64,000 nt of DNA from Squalus acanthias (Eukaryota): assembly GCA_030390025.1 (NCBI GenBank), contig CM059431.1:119352001-119416000 (forward strand), read 5' to 3'. Shown one piece after another: positions 12,694 through 21,657 of the stretch. Made by a program: the position numbers and the translations under genes. The notes under the pieces were generated by a model. That model had not been told where the DNA came from and ran no database searches. It was given only the letters and a program-made list of their open reading frames with translations. Every line of letters starts with the position of its first letter. Position 1 is the first letter of the stretch.

Positions 12694-15045
12694 TTACACT
12701 GCGCTCTCATCGTGCACGCGCACGTAACGTTCTCGCCACTCTCCCGTGTTCTCATGCTTGGTGAGGCGCTTGTCTCTTTTACAATGTATGAACAAAAGGT
12801 ATACTACAATAAACACTTGACAGACGACTAAAATGTGGGAGGCTATTCTGACCCATGAGGGCACTTCAATATTCGTGAACAGATTCCACCACGGTGGAAC
12901 CACTATGTCCAAAATGTCTGTACCTATCTCGACGGTTTTCTGTTCTAATGTATAGAAATGCTTTTGTGACACCGCGACGGCTTTTAGAAGTTTGGTTAAA
13001 TGCTCGGGGAGAGGGGGAATGAGGTACCCAAAATGTGCGACAAATCGCTGCAAGTCGGTAAAATTCTCTTTTACTGTGAGATGAACAGTGGATGGTTCAG
13101 GGATTGGGATAATTCGCTGTTGTGCTACTTGAACTTCAGCCCTGGGTTTAAAACAGAAACTGCTGTCACTCACCGGATACCGGCTACGGTTTCCATGCTG
13201 GTAGTGTTGCGCTGCAGTGGTAACACAATATGTTCCACCCCCGATGTATGCTACCTGCGGAGGCACATGATCTTGTGCCATTGCCTCCATGGTGCAATTC
13301 ATGGACTTGGCGCCAGCCGTTCTGAACCCGCACTGTGGTGTTAAAAAGGCATTCAAGTGCTGGGGGCACAGTATTATGTGTGCTCCCCTGCCACGACAAC
13401 CAGAGAGATCTGTACCTGTCATCGTTTGCTCCCAGCGGATGACGTAAGGTGGAACTGCTGCATAATGAATGTGGGCTCCCCCCTGAATGACACCAATGTT
13501 CTCTACCCGATACACCGGGGCGGGCTTTGCTGTGTTGCCCAAAACCGGCATGCGTAAAACTATACCCATAATGGTATGGTTTGAACGTCCGCAGTCCACG
13601 GGGACTGGGTAAGCTTCTGAAGCTAGCCTGAGCTGGCACGGACTTAATGCGTTCTGAAAAGGGTGGAGCGCCCGCAGGTGTTTGTTACTTATCCAGGACG
13701 GAACCAAACCTTGTTTTAAATCCTCCAAATTACTGCGGCCCTCGCCCAGTAACCACGCCCCGTAAAGCACGCACACCTCGTTCTGCGCAGCTTGATCGGA
13801 TGCATTCCGATCTTCCCTAATCAGGGCATTTACCGTACGCGCATGTTTCTCCAGCTCTGCTATAATCTCTTTTAAGTGTAGTGTCATGGCTTGGTCCTCG
13901 TGCAGACCCGACCCTACCACTTTATTCTCATCTGTAAGAATATCCTTTAACTGTGTTTTTAAACCATTAATCTGGGTCTGCAGCTCCACACTGTCTAGAG
14001 CGTTGACCACAGATGTCCCTGTGTTAAAAGCAGTGAACGCATCGTTCACCAAACCCCTTCTTTGCCTCCCTACTTGGTCCAAAACTTCCTGCGGTGCGGT
14101 GTATAAACTTGTCTTATCGATTTCTGCAAAATCAAATTCGTAAAATTGCCTGAACATCTTGGTCAACAGGATCTGGTACAACTGTTCCGTCTTTTTGGGG
14201 CACCACTCTGGTAACCGTACCTCAGTGAGATTTAAAATCACCGAGGCCACCGCGTAATGTACCCCCTGAAATAGTATCTGGTCTGTGGGGACCAGTACCA
14301 AACCGTTCCCGGGTCCCTTACTAGTTTTAGGGCACCCTTCTTCCTCAGTTAGAACTACCGGAATCGTGGGCGGGGCTTTGCGTGGGCGCGTAATGAGCTC
14401 AGTGGCATTTACTGGGATCGGAGAGTATGGGGCTCCGCACCCCCTGGTGCTCGCATCCCACCTCATCCCCTGTCCGTTATCCTGCCACTGGTTAATAAAG
14501 AATATGGAGATGCCTTTGGGGCAAACGTACTTTGACCCCCACATACAAACATAAATCCCCTCATCTGGTTCCCACCATTTGTCCCAACAGACTTTCACTT
14601 GTCCATCTGTCCCCGTAATTGTCCGATGGGTATTATTACCCAGTCGCTCCCACTCAACCGAAGAGTTCCTCATAGTTTTGCTCAGCTTTCGCAGCCACCA
14701 CCATCGGCTCAATGGGACATTCCCACTGCAGGTCAAACAAATCCGTTTGCCGACGGTGACGCTGATCCTGGGTGCGATGATCCGTACTTTGGGGCACATT
14801 AAAGAAGTCTCTTTGTAGGCGAACCCCGATGTGCTGGAATACTCCGTTGAGTTCGTTCCCAGCCATCCTGGCCACCTTCCCTTGTGGAAATAGGTGCTGG
14901 TCCCTTCTGCCTTCCGTCTTCCGGTCCCATCCACCGCGATGGGGGCCGTGTCCCCGGAACATCCAAACACCACGACATCCTTGGTGAGGCCCCGATAGGC
15001 CAATCCACATCCGATTGCCACGAGCAAAACTAGAAGTCGTTCCAT
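12694..15045 (-). CDS. env: Envelope glycoprotein, class I F-like fusogen with N-terminal Ig-like domain (783 aa)
   Basis: Signal peptide, N-glycan sequons, furin site RQRR (aa 327-330) followed by fusion peptide GLVNDAFTAF.., heptad region, Cys-rich domain, TM aa ~734-753, 30-aa tail; open frame. Confidence 0.9.
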   Translation of the reverse strand: MERLLVLLVAIGCGLAYRGLTKDVVVFGCSGDTAPIAVDGTGRRKAEGTSTYFHKGRWPGWLGTNSTEYSSTSGFAYKETSLMCPKVRIIAPRISVTVGKRICLTCSGNVPLSRWWWLRKLSKTMRNSSVEWERLGNNTHRTITGTDGQVKVCWDKWWEPDEGIYVCMWGSKYVCPKGISIFFINQWQDNGQGMRWDASTRGCGAPYSPIPVNATELITRPRKAPPTIPVVLTEEEGCPKTSKGPGNGLVLVPTDQILFQGVHYAVASVILNLTEVRLPEWCPKKTEQLYQILLTKMFRQFYEFDFAEIDKTSLYTAPQEVLDQVGRQRRGLVNDAFTAFNTGTSVVNALDSVELQTQINGLKTQLKDILTDENKVVGSGLHEDQAMTLHLKEIIAELEKHARTVNALIREDRNASDQAAQNEVCVLYGAWLLGEGRSNLEDLKQGLVPSWISNKHLRALHPFQNALSPCQLRLASEAYPVPVDCGRSNHTIMGIVLRMPVLGNTAKPAPVYRVENIGVIQGGAHIHYAAVPPYVIRWEQTMTGTDLSGCRGRGAHIILCPQHLNAFLTPQCGFRTAGAKSMNCTMEAMAQDHVPPQVAYIGGGTYCVTTAAQHYQHGNRSRYPVSDSSFCFKPRAEVQVAQQRIIPIPEPSTVHLTVKENFTDLQRFVAHFGYLIPPLPEHLTKLLKAVAVSQKHFYTLEQKTVEIGTDILDIVVPPWWNLFTNIEVPSWVRIASHILVVCQVFIVVYLLFIHCKRDKRLTKHENTGEWRERYVRVHDESAV

Positions 15046-15329
15046 CCTTCCTTGGTTCCTGTGATCAGATAGAATGAGGTAGCCAGCCTCGCAAAAAGTC
15101 TCTGGCTTTTGTGAAGGGTGAGCGGGTCCCCTGACCTCGCCTCACGTAAACTTCAACGTTTGCTAAATAGACTTCCTCTAAACCTAGCCTTAAAACTCCC
15201 ATCATTTTATCGTTATCTGTTAAAAACACTACAAACTTAACCTTATTAAAACTACTTAAAACTTTAAACTAAAACTTAAAACCTTAAACTAATAACTTTA
15301 CAATGCCGCCCGTTCTCAGGGCGGCCCCT

Positions 15330-16490
15330 TTAAATCCTGAGAAGGCTGCTGCGAGCTCTTCCCGACGGTGGGAGGGCACTGACCCTTCCCTCTGATCTGC
15401 CGCAGCCTGTTGCTGCGCTGACCCTTTCCTCTGATCTGCCGCAGCCTGTTACTGCTTCGATGTGGCCTGTCTCTACCCGGGTTATCTTAACCTGAAACTT
15501 ACGCCCTGGGGCAGCCTGTGGACCTGACCACATCTTCCTGGGCTGGGGTACTCTGCTTGACCTACGGGGAATTGCTATGGGCGGGGGCTCCGTGACGGAC
15601 GGACCGGGTCCCGAGACCTTCAACGGGATGACCTGGGGTTCCATCACAGGCGCCAGCCCCGCCTCCGCTGACTCCGCCTCCCTAACCTCGGGGCTGGCAG
15701 TTCGGGGCCCCGCCCTGCTCGGCCCAGCAGGCGGCCCTTCACTCGCGAACTCTGCCTCCCCTGAGGACTGGACGTTCAAAGCGGGCGGCCACACCTCTGG
15801 GAACCACATAGCGGCTGGCCCGGCCTCCTCTAGCTCCTTCCTCCTGCTGTCGGGACCTGCAGCTTGTGTGTCCACCCCGTATGGATCTCTACCTAGCGGC
15901 CCCAATCCTTCCAGACCGTTCCTCTGAAACCACCCGTCATCATCACTATGCTCATCTGCACTATCCTCATCTGACCAGGGTACCCTGGGGTCCTCGTCAT
16001 CTAACCCCCAACTCCAGAAAAACGCTGCATGATCGTCCGGGATGTCCCTTCCCCTGATGCAAGCTGCTACGCCTGCCGGTGTGCCTTGTGGTCCTACCTG
16101 GGGCTGTGTTTTCCCACTCGCAGGTCTGGCCCCTCCCTTAAGACAGGCCACCGCCCCTGCTTGTTTCTGTGAAATCTCACCTGCTGGAGGCTGCAGATTT
16201 CTATCCTGTTTTAAATCCTTATACTCCCTGCTCCTGGCTACCCTGTAGGCTGCTTTTATCTCTCTAAGCTGCCCTTCTAGCCTGAGCACGTCTAACTTTC
16301 CCATTGATCGGGCGTTCTCCTCCCGCAGGGTCTGCTCTCTAAGCTGCCCTTCCAGCCCATCTATTTTCCCTATTAAGCGGGCGTTCTCCTCCCGCAAGGC
16401 CTGCTCTTTTAACCTGGCCTCCTCACCGCAGACCCCCTCCTGTGCGTGTCTTTTAAAAGGACACAGGTAGGCAGGCTGCGTGGACTCTAG
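15330..16490 (-). CDS. Non-Pol ORF in frame with gag (putative readthrough extension, ~386 aa; coiled-coil plus low-complexity)
   Basis: Frame is open from 16490, directly after the gag UGA, through ORF 15330..16397; the track start is a TTG, and the first in-frame ATG lies further downstream. Confidence 0.7.
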   Translation of the reverse strand, partial: LESTQPAYLCPFKRHAQEGVCGEEARLKEQALREENARLIGKIDGLEGQLREQTLREENARSMGKLDVLRLEGQLREIKAAYRVARSREYKDLKQDRNLQPPAGEISQKQAGAVACLKGGARPASGKTQPQVGPQGTPAGVAACIRGRDIPDDHAAFFWSWGLDDEDPRVPWSDEDSADEHSDDDGWFQRNGLEGLGPLGRDPYGVDTQAAGPDSRRKELEEAGPAAMWFPEVWPPALNVQSSGEAEFASEGPPAGPSRAGPRTASPEVREAESAEAGLAPVMEPQVIPLKVSGPGPSVTEPPPIAIPRRSSRVPQPRKMWSGPQAAPGRKFQVKITRVETGHIEAVTGCGRSEERVSAATGCGRSEGRVSALPPSGRARSSLLRI

Positions 16491-18302
16491 TCATGGGGCA
16501 CTATTAGACGGTCCTGCGGCACCTACGGGGCCGGTTGCGACCGCCACCTGTCCACGCGCATTCAAAACCATCTTGCGCATGACTCCTAACACTGCTTCGA
16601 GGTCTTCAGGAGAGGTGGGTGCCTTTGCTTCCTTAGCCGGGACAGGCGCCTGGGTTCGGACCGCGGGATTTTTATCCTTGGAATCCTTCCAAGGGTTCCT
16701 GCAGTGCTTGCGCCAGTGCCCTGTCTTCCCACACCCGTAACAGGCATTACTTGCCTGTGGGGCGCGATTACCCTCCTGATGCCACTCTCTTTGAGTCGGG
16801 GCTGCGGGTCGTACCTCATGTACTCTTCCCTTAAAGGGACGTGTCGTCATACCCCTTATGTTACGGTAACCTAACGTGAGTCGATTCAAGACCGACTCTT
16901 CCGTAAGGTTGAGGTCATTGGGATCGAACCAGGCTTTTGCCTGCTCTCTAACGGCTGGTAAACTGTTGGCTATTATGCACCTAAGCCAATGAATTAAAGC
17001 GGCGCCTTCCACATCTTCGCGTTCGGGCGCACCTAGACAGCTGCGCTCATATACTGGCCACAGCCTGTCGGCAAAAACCTTCGGGGGTTCTCCCTCCATC
17101 TGCACTGTCTGTCCCACTCTAGCAAACGGACCTCCGTCGTTCGCTCCCACTACTTCTAGGACCTCATTTTTCAATTCCTCATAACTTTTATTACCCCTCT
17201 TGCTATCGCCTGAGAGACACTGAAGGACCGAGCTATCTAAAGAGAACAGCAGCATTTTTGCTGTCTCCCCATCATCGCAGCCGTTGATGGCTGCGGCTTG
17301 CTCAACTTCCCTAAAATGTACGGAAGGGTCGTCTATCTCGGTCAGCTTCCTTACGTGGTTTATCATGGCCCTCAGCTGATGTGAACTGTGAGGCAACACC
17401 AGCTGTCCGAGGAGATCCCCCGGTTCTTCCCCACCGTTTCTGCTTGGGCCCCTTTTAATCCCCGTTACTGGATACAACGATCCCTTTTCTACTTCCTTTT
17501 CAACGGGCTCTTTTGTTTCTTCCGTTGCTTCCTCCCTAACCCAGGTTTCTGAATAGCTGGGTGGCGCGGAGGGCGCAGTGGCTACTACTTCTTCTGCTTT
17601 ACTTGGTGGGGAATTTCTAAATCTCTCATTTACTAGCGGCTGGCGTGCCGACGGATTAATAAGGCACACCATGCCGTTCGCATTATTCACGGCCTTTTTG
17701 AGGCTCTCTATCTCTTTTTCGCAGGCGCTATGGTCGGCTCCCTGAAACTTATCCTCAAGGGCCAACTTATACGCCGACCTAACCCCCATTAAGCTCTCTT
17801 CTTGAGTTCTTATCTGGGCAGCTTGACGGTTACATCTTTCCTTCATCCTACTCTCGTTTAATTTTGCTTCAGTGATCTGGCACTCGAGATACTCTACCCT
17901 TGTTTTAAGGTAGCTGGAGACTTCCTGGCTTTCCTGGCGTAACTCATTTAAACTCTTAATGAGCGCCTCCCCTCCAGAAACCTTCTCCTCCATTTCCTCC
18001 TCTAGATGCTTGATTCGAGCGGTTAGCGCTGTATTGGTCTGGTTTGAAATCTGAACCTGCCTTTTGTAGCACATAAGCCAGACTGCTTTCTCAACTGCCT
18101 TTTTATGCTCCTTACTATCCGTCCACCTTTCAGCTGCCTCTAGTGGGCTCTTATCCGCTAACAATTCGCTTATCCACTTTTTCGTTAGATTAACCTTTCC
18201 AAACACGTAATCCGCTATCTTTTCCTGCATAACATTTCGTACAGTCATTCCAAAATCTAACACACTACCCTCTCGCTGCCAGCCTCGTGCCGCGGTCGCC
18301 AT
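16491..18302 (-). CDS. gag: Gag polyprotein with long coiled coil, late domains, CA and CCHC zinc knuckle (603 aa)
   Basis: CYGCGKTGHWRKHC knuckle (16701-16742), MHR-like QMEGEPPKVFADRL, PSAPPSY motif. Confidence 0.92.
   Translation of the reverse strand: MATAARGWQREGSVLDFGMTVRNVMQEKIADYVFGKVNLTKKWISELLADKSPLEAAERWTDSKEHKKAVEKAVWLMCYKRQVQISNQTNTALTARIKHLEEEMEEKVSGGEALIKSLNELRQESQEVSSYLKTRVEYLECQITEAKLNESRMKERCNRQAAQIRTQEESLMGVRSAYKLALEDKFQGADHSACEKEIESLKKAVNNANGMVCLINPSARQPLVNERFRNSPPSKAEEVVATAPSAPPSYSETWVREEATEETKEPVEKEVEKGSLYPVTGIKRGPSRNGGEEPGDLLGQLVLPHSSHQLRAMINHVRKLTEIDDPSVHFREVEQAAAINGCDDGETAKMLLFSLDSSVLQCLSGDSKRGNKSYEELKNEVLEVVGANDGGPFARVGQTVQMEGEPPKVFADRLWPVYERSCLGAPEREDVEGAALIHWLRCIIANSLPAVREQAKAWFDPNDLNLTEESVLNRLTLGYRNIRGMTTRPFKGRVHEVRPAAPTQREWHQEGNRAPQASNACYGCGKTGHWRKHCRNPWKDSKDKNPAVRTQAPVPAKEAKAPTSPEDLEAVLGVMRKMVLNARGQVAVATGPVGAAGPSNSAP
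18288..18301 (-). promoter_or_regulatory. Primer-binding site, tRNA-Arg(UCG)-like
   Basis: TGGCGACCGCGGCA begins 5 nt after the 5' LTR and is complementary to the recalled vertebrate tRNA-Arg(TCG) 3' end ...TGCCGCGGTCG-CCA. Confidence 0.75.
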
Positions 18303-18306
18303 TTTC

Positions 18307-19929
18307 TGTAAGGGATCCTCTCCTGACCCTGCGTGTCTCGTAGCCTGTGAGGTTCACGCGGCTCTGTGCAGCCTGTATGTCAGTGCGGGTCTAGGCCTGG
18401 TCTCCAGCCAGTCTGGGAACACTAGACACCCCTGTGAGTGGTTCGAATCACTCTCCCTTACGGTTCTAGACACTGGACTTAGATGCGAGAGCAGTAATGG
18501 AGATAAAACTCATGTAGACTTGGTTTGAACGGTACGAAATGGAAAATCTTTATTGCATGATACTTAAAATTATGAAATACATGTCATATGCACAGATTAA
18601 TGACAGTACAATCTTACAAACAGTTATAATCACTCTTAGGGAAACGAGGAACGACCGGCACAACGTAAATAGGGCACACATTACAAATATCCTTAATCTT
18701 TAAACCCTCCCCTATCAATAACTATCCTAAAACTAGCTTCGTAGGATCCCGAGACTCATGCTCACCACTCGTAATAACTCGGAGAAATCCCGAATAGCTG
18801 ATCGGATGTTTTTCACCGCAGCACCCACGTGTTGGTCAGGAGATCTCCTGGTCCCACTTGTTTACTGCTTCTGCTGCTCGGTCAGTCGGCTGGACCGTCC
18901 GCTGTAGTGAAGACCTCTGTTGGTTGGATACAGGGTATGGTGGAGCACCGTTGTCAATATCGCTGATACGATGTGTTTGCACAGTCCAGTTATCATTGAT
19001 GCAATATGTCTTGTTAAAGAAGAAAACTTCCTGTCGAGAAGACTTGGCTGATCGACCTACAGGCGCGGTCGGGATTTACTGACCGTGGCGATGGATAAGG
19101 TCTTCTTCTCTTCTCCTCTCATCTCATCTCATCTCATCTCATCTCATCCCGGGCCTTCGGTTCAGCTGCCAGCTACCAACATAGGTCTTTGCAACAGTCT
19201 TTTACCCAGGAGCAGCCACGAGGTTACGAATCGACCGGATAAAACACAGGAGCAGCCACGATGATAACAGCAGCAAGCGGCAAGAGTCAAGAGCAAAAGA
19301 GCAAGAGAGCGAATGGACGGTTTGGGCCTGCAATTATAGTGCACAGTTCTTCCGTTTCCCGCCCAACTACAATGTCCATTCTTTTGTTTAAGGTTTGGCG
19401 CCCAAAAATGTCCTGTATGGGTGATCTCTGTCCTTAATGGGTTTCGGGGCTACTCCTGAATGTTTGAGTACCTGTTAATATTTCTCCCATTGTTAAATCG
19501 GTCGGTGTTCCCCCTGGAGGGGTTTGGGGCTTCCAAGTGTCCTGTATACCTACCTGCTAACGGCTCTCTCATCGTAGAGCCGTTGGGAGTTTACATATTA
19601 ATGTCCTTTGGATGGGCCCTTGATGGCTTTCCTTTGTACCTGGGAGACCGATCCCAGTATCGATGTTTATACTGTAAACCCATAATGTCCTGTGTATTGT
19701 CTTCACTGTGCTGAATCGTTATCGATCCTGCAAAAATGTTTATTGGAACGCCATCTTGTCTGCCTGCTGAAAAGTCTCGAATGTTCTGTCACGCGGTGCG
19801 GCGGCCATTTTACAGGCTGCTTGTGTCCAATTTAAACCTGACAGCATTCCGCTGAAATAAAAGCTGTTTTGAACGAAACTTGTGTTTTCTCCTTATAAAA
19901 ATGAAATCGCGATAATTGCGAATTCTACA
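18307..19929 (-). repeat. 5' LTR
   Basis: Direct repeat of 10643-12265; TATA-like 19334-19338, splice donor at 18765, AATAAA 18549-18554 (all minus strand). Confidence 0.97.
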
Positions 19930-20782
19930 AATGCAATGTCAAATCAGCTACAGAAAGAGAAATAAAGAAAGGGAAAGAAAGACTGGATTATGAGAGAAAA
20001 AGAGGCAAAGGAAAAGGGAAAAAATTAAAATTTGCCTTTTTTAAATCTCCAATAGTTAAAACCTGAAGGAATGAGACTTCACACTTGTAATAGTTAATTT
20101 TCAGTGCAAGAGAGGTTGATTGGCAGTAATTAACACATCATGTCATTAAAAGGGTACGTAGACTGAAATGGACAAGACTTAACTTTCTGTGGCGAGTTTA
20201 GTTCATATCTACGCACGAATACAGCAACTTTATGTAATTCAATGCATTTCATTGGTGAGGCAGATGGCAACATGCCATTTTCATGAATCTAATGATGGAG
20301 CAGCGCATGTCGGACAGCAAGTTTTGGATATTTGAGTTTAACCGCGCATCTGCCCCTCGCCTGTAGTTACTGTACCATTTGCGCATAAATAACGGCGAGC
20401 GCCATTAGCTTCACTTTTAAATCAACAGCAAGAAATAAAAGGAGAGAAAGGAACCCTTAATACTACAAAACTTTTCATTTTAACCAGCATTTTAATAGGA
20501 AATCAGACAAAACTTGCTGGGAAAAGCCCTCCATAGGGACACAACCAGGGGAGGGAATATAGATAGAAGGGAACAGTCAGGACTGGGAACAGTCCAAACA
20601 TAGGCACAGAGTCTGGGGACGGGAATATGGATAGAAGGGAACAGTCAAAGTTGGGAACAGCCCCTTGAGATGGACAGAGCCATCCATACAGGGGGATTGT
20701 AAATAGGTGAACAGTCCCATTGAGTAATCTCAGCCCAGCACATCACGGGGAGTCCTGGGTGTCCCTATTCACCACTGTGACC

Positions 20783-21657
20783 CAACAACAACAACAACAA
20801 CAACTTGTAATTATATAGCGCCTTTAACGTAGTAAAACGTCCCAAGGCGCTTTACAGTAGTGTTATAAAACAAAATTTGGCACGGAGCCACATAGGAGAA
20901 ATTAGGGCAGATGACAAAAGCTTGGTCAAAGAGGTAGGTTTTAAGGAGCGTCTTAAAGGAGGAAAGAGGTCGACAGGCAGAGAGGTTTAGGCAGGGAATA
21001 CCAGAGCTTAGGGTCTTGGCAGCTGAAGACACGGCCGCCAATGCTTGAGCGATTAAAGTCAGGGATGCTCAAGAGGCCAGAATTAGAGGAGCACAGATAT
21101 CTTGGGAGATTGTGGGGCTGTAGGAGATTACAGAGATAGGGAGAGGCGAGGCCATGGAGGCATTTAAAAACAAGGATGAGAATTTTAAAATCGAGGCGTT
21201 GCTTAACTGGGAGCCAATGTAGGTCAATGAGCACAGGACTGCTGGGTGAATGGGACTTAGTTCACGGGCAGCCGAGTTTTGAATGACCAAGTTTACATAG
21301 AGTAGAATGTGGGAGGCCAGCCAGGAGTGCCTTGGAATAGTCAAGTCTAGAAGTAACAAAGGCCTGGATTAGGGTTTCCGCAGCAGATGAGCTGAGGCAG
21401 GGGCGGAATCGGGCGATGTTATGGAGGTGGAAATAGGTGGTCTTAGTTATGGCGCAGATATGTGGTCGGAAGCTCAGTTCAGGGTCAAATATGACACCAA
21501 GGTTGCAAACAGTCTGGTTCAGCCTCAGACAGATGCTAGGGAGAGGGATGGAGTCGGTGTCTAGGGAACGGAGTTTATGGCGGGGACCGAAGACAATGGC
21601 TTCGGTCTTCCCAATATTTAGCTGGAGGATATTTCTGCTCATCCAGAACTGGACGTC
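20783..21657 (-). mobile_element. L2-type LINE 3' fragment
   Basis: LQLNIGKTE..NLGVIFD..FVTSRLDYS..LHWLPVKQRLDFKIL..SFKTLLKTYLF; ends in a (TTG)n tail. Confidence 0.85.

Larger units (their letters stand above)
10643..19929 (-). mobile_element. Complete pol-less gag+env LTR provirus-like element (lokiretrovirus-like)
   Basis: Two 1623-bp TG...CA direct repeats 7664 bp apart, TSD AATG (10639-10642, 19930-19933), PBS, PPT, gag and env ORFs, no PR/RT/RH/IN motifs. Confidence 0.95.

Noticed and set aside
15330..16490. Degenerate pol
   Set aside because: No DTG/DSG protease, YxDD RT, RNase H or HHCC/DDE integrase motif recognised in the translated frames
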